DNA of 64,000 bases from an uncultured Candidatus Binatia bacterium. GTDB lineage: Bacteria; Desulfobacterota; Binatia; Bin18. Positions 59,763 through 64,000 of this stretch are shown here, piece after piece. The notes beneath the pieces are model-generated. The model was not told where the DNA came from. It did not search any database and saw only the letters and a program-made list of their open reading frames with translations. The position numbers and the translations under genes are program-made. Numbering within the stretch: position 1 is the first letter of the stretch; each line of letters starts with the position of its first letter. Location of the stretch: assembly GCA_965214605.1 (NCBI GenBank), contig OZ243961.1, positions 608,001 through 672,000 on the forward strand, written 5' to 3'.

Positions 59763-60554
59763 CTAGGTCCACAGGACACCATAGTAATAAATAAAAGCAG
59801 TCGGGAAAAGTAAACTATCCGCCCGATCGAGCAGACCGCCGTGGCCAGGAAAAAGACGGCCCGAATCCTTAGTTCCACACGCCCGCTTGACCGCCGATTC
59901 ACATAAGTCTCCAATTTGGGCCAAGATCCCGAGGACCACCGCCAGCACACCCAGTTCAATCCAACTCCGCTGCGGCAGCAGCCAAGCCCAGCCAATCCAC
60001 GCTCCTCCCACACTGCCGAGGAGTGCCCCTCCGCTGCCTTCAAGGGTTTTGCCCGGACTGATGTGCGGGATGAGCTTGTGGGTGCCCCAGATTCGCCCAA
60101 CGGCGTAACCACCGGTATCGCCCAGCATAGCAACCAGCAAGAGGAAGAAAACCCAGCCAACGCCGTCCTGCAGCTGTCGAACCCAGACGAGATGGGGCAG
60201 GAGAAAAGCGACGTACACAACCCCAAACAAGGTCAGACTGACTCCGGCCAGCCCCCTGTCGGGCTGAGGCGTGCGTAGGCCGCACGCAAACGTGACAAAA
60301 AACCCGGCGATCAGCACTGCCCCCACAAACGCTCCGGGCCCGATACACATAGTCGCCGCTAGACTGCCGCCCCAGCCGAGCCCCAGGCCAAACGGAAGCG
60401 GATTGTGGCTCCGACTCAGCGAAAAGAATTCGTACAGTCCAAGACAAGTCAGCAGAAAAACGACCGCGGAAAAAACCCAAACCGGGGCACAGCAGATACA
60501 GATAATGAGGAGCGGCAGCGCAAACGCTGTGGTTAGAAGGCGGTCGCGGAGCAC
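59763..60554 (-). CDS. cdsA: Phosphatidate cytidylyltransferase
   Basis: ISPGKTLEG, GDLCESAVKR, KDSG..PGHGGLLDRADS. Confidence 0.95.
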   Translation of the reverse strand: MLRDRLLTTAFALPLLIICICCAPVWVFSAVVFLLTCLGLYEFFSLSRSHNPLPFGLGLGWGGSLAATMCIGPGAFVGAVLIAGFFVTFACGLRTPQPDRGLAGVSLTLFGVVYVAFLLPHLVWVRQLQDGVGWVFFLLLVAMLGDTGGYAVGRIWGTHKLIPHISPGKTLEGSGGALLGSVGGAWIGWAWLLPQRSWIELGVLAVVLGILAQIGDLCESAVKRACGTKDSGRLFPGHGGLLDRADSLLFPTAFIYYYGVLWT

Positions 60555-60562
60555 ACCTGAGC

Positions 60563-61444
<882 letters not shown>

Positions 61445-61484
61445 GCACTGAGAGTCGCTCAGGACAGCGCCCTTACGGCTTTAT

Positions 61485-62042
61485 TTACACCGACAGCAAA
61501 TCCTCCTCTTTAACCCGAAGGATCTGCTCAATCTTACCGATCGACTCGTTGGTCATTTTCTGGATCCGCTCTTGCGTCGCCCGCGCCTCATCTTCGGACA
61601 TTTCTTTGCTCTTTTGCATTTTTTTGACGCGGTCGTTGATGCTGCGCCGGTGGTTGCGCATCGAAACCCGATAGTCTTCGGCTACTTTCCGAATATGCCG
61701 CACCAGCTCTTTGCGGCGTTCCTCGGTCAGTTCGGGCAGGGGCAGCCGGACGACCTTACCGTCGTTGACCGGGGTCAGCCCGAGGTCTGCCTTATAGATC
61801 GCTTTCTCAATATCGCCGATGATATTCTGATCATAGGGCTGGGCCACCAACAAACGGGGCTCAGGAGCCGAGAGGGCAGCCACCTGATTCAGAGGCGTCG
61901 GAGCCCCGTAGCAGTCAACCAGCACCCCCTCGATAAGATCCACCGAGGCTCGCCCGGCGCGGACCTTGCGAAATTCTTTGTTGAGAGAATCAATGGTATG
62001 GGCGGCTTCTTTTTTCAATTCGTCCAGCAGTTGCTCATTCAT
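61485..62042 (-). CDS. frr: Ribosome recycling factor
   Basis: [25 protein letters not shown]. Confidence 0.95.
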   Translation of the reverse strand: MNEQLLDELKKEAAHTIDSLNKEFRKVRAGRASVDLIEGVLVDCYGAPTPLNQVAALSAPEPRLLVAQPYDQNIIGDIEKAIYKADLGLTPVNDGKVVRLPLPELTEERRKELVRHIRKVAEDYRVSMRNHRRSINDRVKKMQKSKEMSEDEARATQERIQKMTNESIGKIEQILRVKEEDLLSV

Positions 62043-62803
62043 GCTGCCCCTCCATGCACCAGGGTTCCGACCTGCTCTCCCAGCACGGCTCGTTTGATAT
62101 TGCCCGTCTCCAACATGCTGAACACCAAAATCGGCAGGGCGTTGTCCATACACAGAGAAATCGCGGTCGAATCCATGACTTTGAGGTTTTTTTGTAAGAC
62201 CTCAAGGTAGCTAACCTCTTGATAGCGCTTGGCATCAGCGACGTGGACCGGATCCGCATCGTAAATGCCATCGACCTTGGTTGCCTTAAAAATGACCTGC
62301 GCCCCAATTTCCATGGCCCGTAAACTGGCCGCCGTATCCGTGGAGAAATACGGATTGCCCGTCCCCGCCGCAAAAATAACAACCCGCCCCTTTTCCAGAT
62401 GACGGGTCGCCCGGCGTCGAATATACGGCTCCGCCACCTGCGACACGCTCAGGGCCGACATCACCCGAGTCTGGACCTTGATCGTTTCCAGGGCCTCCTG
62501 CATGGCTAAGCTATTCATCAGGGTGGCCAACATCCCCATGTAATCGGCCGTGGCCCGGGCCATGCCGCGGGCGCTGGCGGCCAAGCCGCGAAAGATATTC
62601 CCACCGCCGACGACCAGCGCGATTTCACAGCCAATGTCACGGACCTCTCTGACCTCGTCAGCCATCCGGGACAAGACCACCTCGTCAATCCCATAACCGC
62701 TGTCTCCAGCCAGCGCTTCGCCGCCGATTTTCAACAGCACGCGTTTATAGGGGAGCGTACAAGAATCAGCAGCCATCATTCCCGCTGAGCGTGAATCGCC
62801 CAC
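62039..62803 (-). CDS. pyrH: UMP kinase
   Basis: [33 protein letters not shown]. Confidence 0.97.
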   Translation of the reverse strand: MGDSRSAGMMAADSCTLPYKRVLLKIGGEALAGDSGYGIDEVVLSRMADEVREVRDIGCEIALVVGGGNIFRGLAASARGMARATADYMGMLATLMNSLAMQEALETIKVQTRVMSALSVSQVAEPYIRRRATRHLEKGRVVIFAAGTGNPYFSTDTAASLRAMEIGAQVIFKATKVDGIYDADPVHVADAKRYQEVSYLEVLQKNLKVMDSTAISLCMDNALPILVFSMLETGNIKRAVLGEQVGTLVHGGAA

Positions 62804-62809
62804 CCTCGC

Positions 62810-63430
62810 CTACTCGGCAGCTTCCCTAGTCTCGCCAATCTGGAAGCGAGAAAAGCGACGGACGACAATATTTTCTCCAGTTCGGGCCACCATCTCTTTG
62901 ACTAGCTGTTCAACCGTCTTTGCCGTATCGCGGATAAAGCTCTGTTCAAGCAGACAGTTCTCACCGTAGTACTTCTCCAGACGCCCATCAACGATCCGGG
63001 CGATAATCTTCTCAGGTTTGCCTTCGGCCAGCGTCTGGGTGCGGTAGATCGCCCGCTCTTTTTCGACTTCCTCGGCTGGGACATCATCGCGTTGCACATA
63101 GCGCGGCTGAGAGGCCGCAATCTGCATGCCGAGATCTTTGACCAACTGCTGGAACTCCTCGGTACGCGCCACAAAATCGGTCTCGCAATTGACCTCAACC
63201 AGCACCCCAATCTTGCCACCGGCATGAATATACGAGCCAACCACACCCTGAGCAGCCGCCCGTCCGGCTCGTTTGGCGGCTGCGGCAAGACCTTTTTCAC
63301 GCAGAGACGTGATCGCCTTGTCAATGTCGCCGCCGCTCTCGTTCAAGGCTTTTTTACAATCAACAACTCCGGCTCCGGTCCGCTCGCGGAGCTCCTTGAG
63401 TTGGGCCATAGTGGTGCTCTGAGCACTCAC
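62810..63430 (-). CDS. tsf: Elongation factor Ts (short form)
   Basis: [24 protein letters not shown]; 206 aa. Confidence 0.97.
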   Translation of the reverse strand: MSAQSTTMAQLKELRERTGAGVVDCKKALNESGGDIDKAITSLREKGLAAAAKRAGRAAAQGVVGSYIHAGGKIGVLVEVNCETDFVARTEEFQQLVKDLGMQIAASQPRYVQRDDVPAEEVEKERAIYRTQTLAEGKPEKIIARIVDGRLEKYYGENCLLEQSFIRDTAKTVEQLVKEMVARTGENIVVRRFSRFQIGETREAAE

Positions 63431-64000
63431 GCGTCACCTCCGTCTTTACCTGCATCAGCGGCCTGCTCGGCTAAGGGGGTCGGAGCCACCTCCACCGCCT
63501 GGGAAGCGGTGTCGGTCGGCGGCATGTCCGCTTCTTTAACGGCCACACCTTCCCCCTCGACAGCGGTCGGACTGAGATCGGTCGTGGCGGCCTCAGCCGC
63601 GTCTTTTACCTCAGCCTGCTGGCGCTCCTCAAGCCGTGCCCGACCCTCAAGAGCAGCTTCCGCCACCGCGTTGGTGAACAGCCGGATCGCCCGAATAGCG
63701 TCATCGTTGCCCGGTACTTTGTGGGTAATCGTATCGGGATCACAGTTGCTATCAACCGCAGCCACGACCGGGATCCCAAGCTTATTCGCCTCACGGACCG
63801 AAATTTCTTCTTTTTTGGTATCAACGACAAACATGGCATCCGGCAGTTTACGCATGTTCTTGATGCCACCTAGGGTAATCATCAACTTGTCGCGTTCACG
63901 GCTAATACCCAACAGTTCTTTTTTGGTCAGGGCCTCATTGATTGAAGGGGTGTCGAGCATTTCATCGAGCTTTTTCAGCCGTTCAATGGACTTCTTGATC
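63427..64000 (-). CDS. rpsB: 30S ribosomal protein S2, 5' end outside the window
   Basis: [35 protein letters not shown]; acidic C-terminal tail. Confidence 0.95.
   Translation of the reverse strand, partial: IKKSIERLKKLDEMLDTPSINEALTKKELLGISRERDKLMITLGGIKNMRKLPDAMFVVDTKKEEISVREANKLGIPVVAAVDSNCDPDTITHKVPGNDDAIRAIRLFTNAVAEAALEGRARLEERQQAEVKDAAEAATTDLSPTAVEGEGVAVKEADMPPTDTASQAVEVAPTPLAEQAADAGKDGGDA

Overview
High-GC bacterial chromosomal window; the gene content is Deltaproteobacteria/Binatia-like, which is inference only. The left ~7 kb holds a compact type V-C CRISPR-Cas locus: a 5'-truncated cas12c with an intact RuvC D-E-D triad, a structured scout/tracrRNA candidate directly behind it, a convergent stand-alone cas1 (no cas2/cas4 in the window), a 60-bp AT-rich leader, and a 16-repeat array. 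The array has a 25-nt repeat and 18-19-nt spacers, one of which occurs ten times in tandem. The most unusual signal is an isolated inverted copy of the repeat (22/24 nt) 1.4 kb beyond the array, 26 nt upstream of the hisH start codon, so hisH-hisA is bracketed by inward-facing repeats with similar purine-rich tails. The rest is mostly housekeeping and metabolism: GSTs, a UGSC selenoprotein with in-frame UGA and SECIS-like hairpin, an ECF sigma/anti-sigma/Spy module, an EHD-like dynamin, MMPL, HNH, radical SAM, RNase G, amidase, xth, Dyp, metY-metX-metW opposite a DsrE/TusA-MetE cluster, gspE-lepB-lepA, nucleotide-sugar genes (one with a G12 tract), mtnP-rlmN-ndk-sucCD, and the tsaB-rseP-cdsA-uppS-frr-pyrH-tsf-rpsB block lacking dxr. 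All calls are by eye from motifs; no database search was run.
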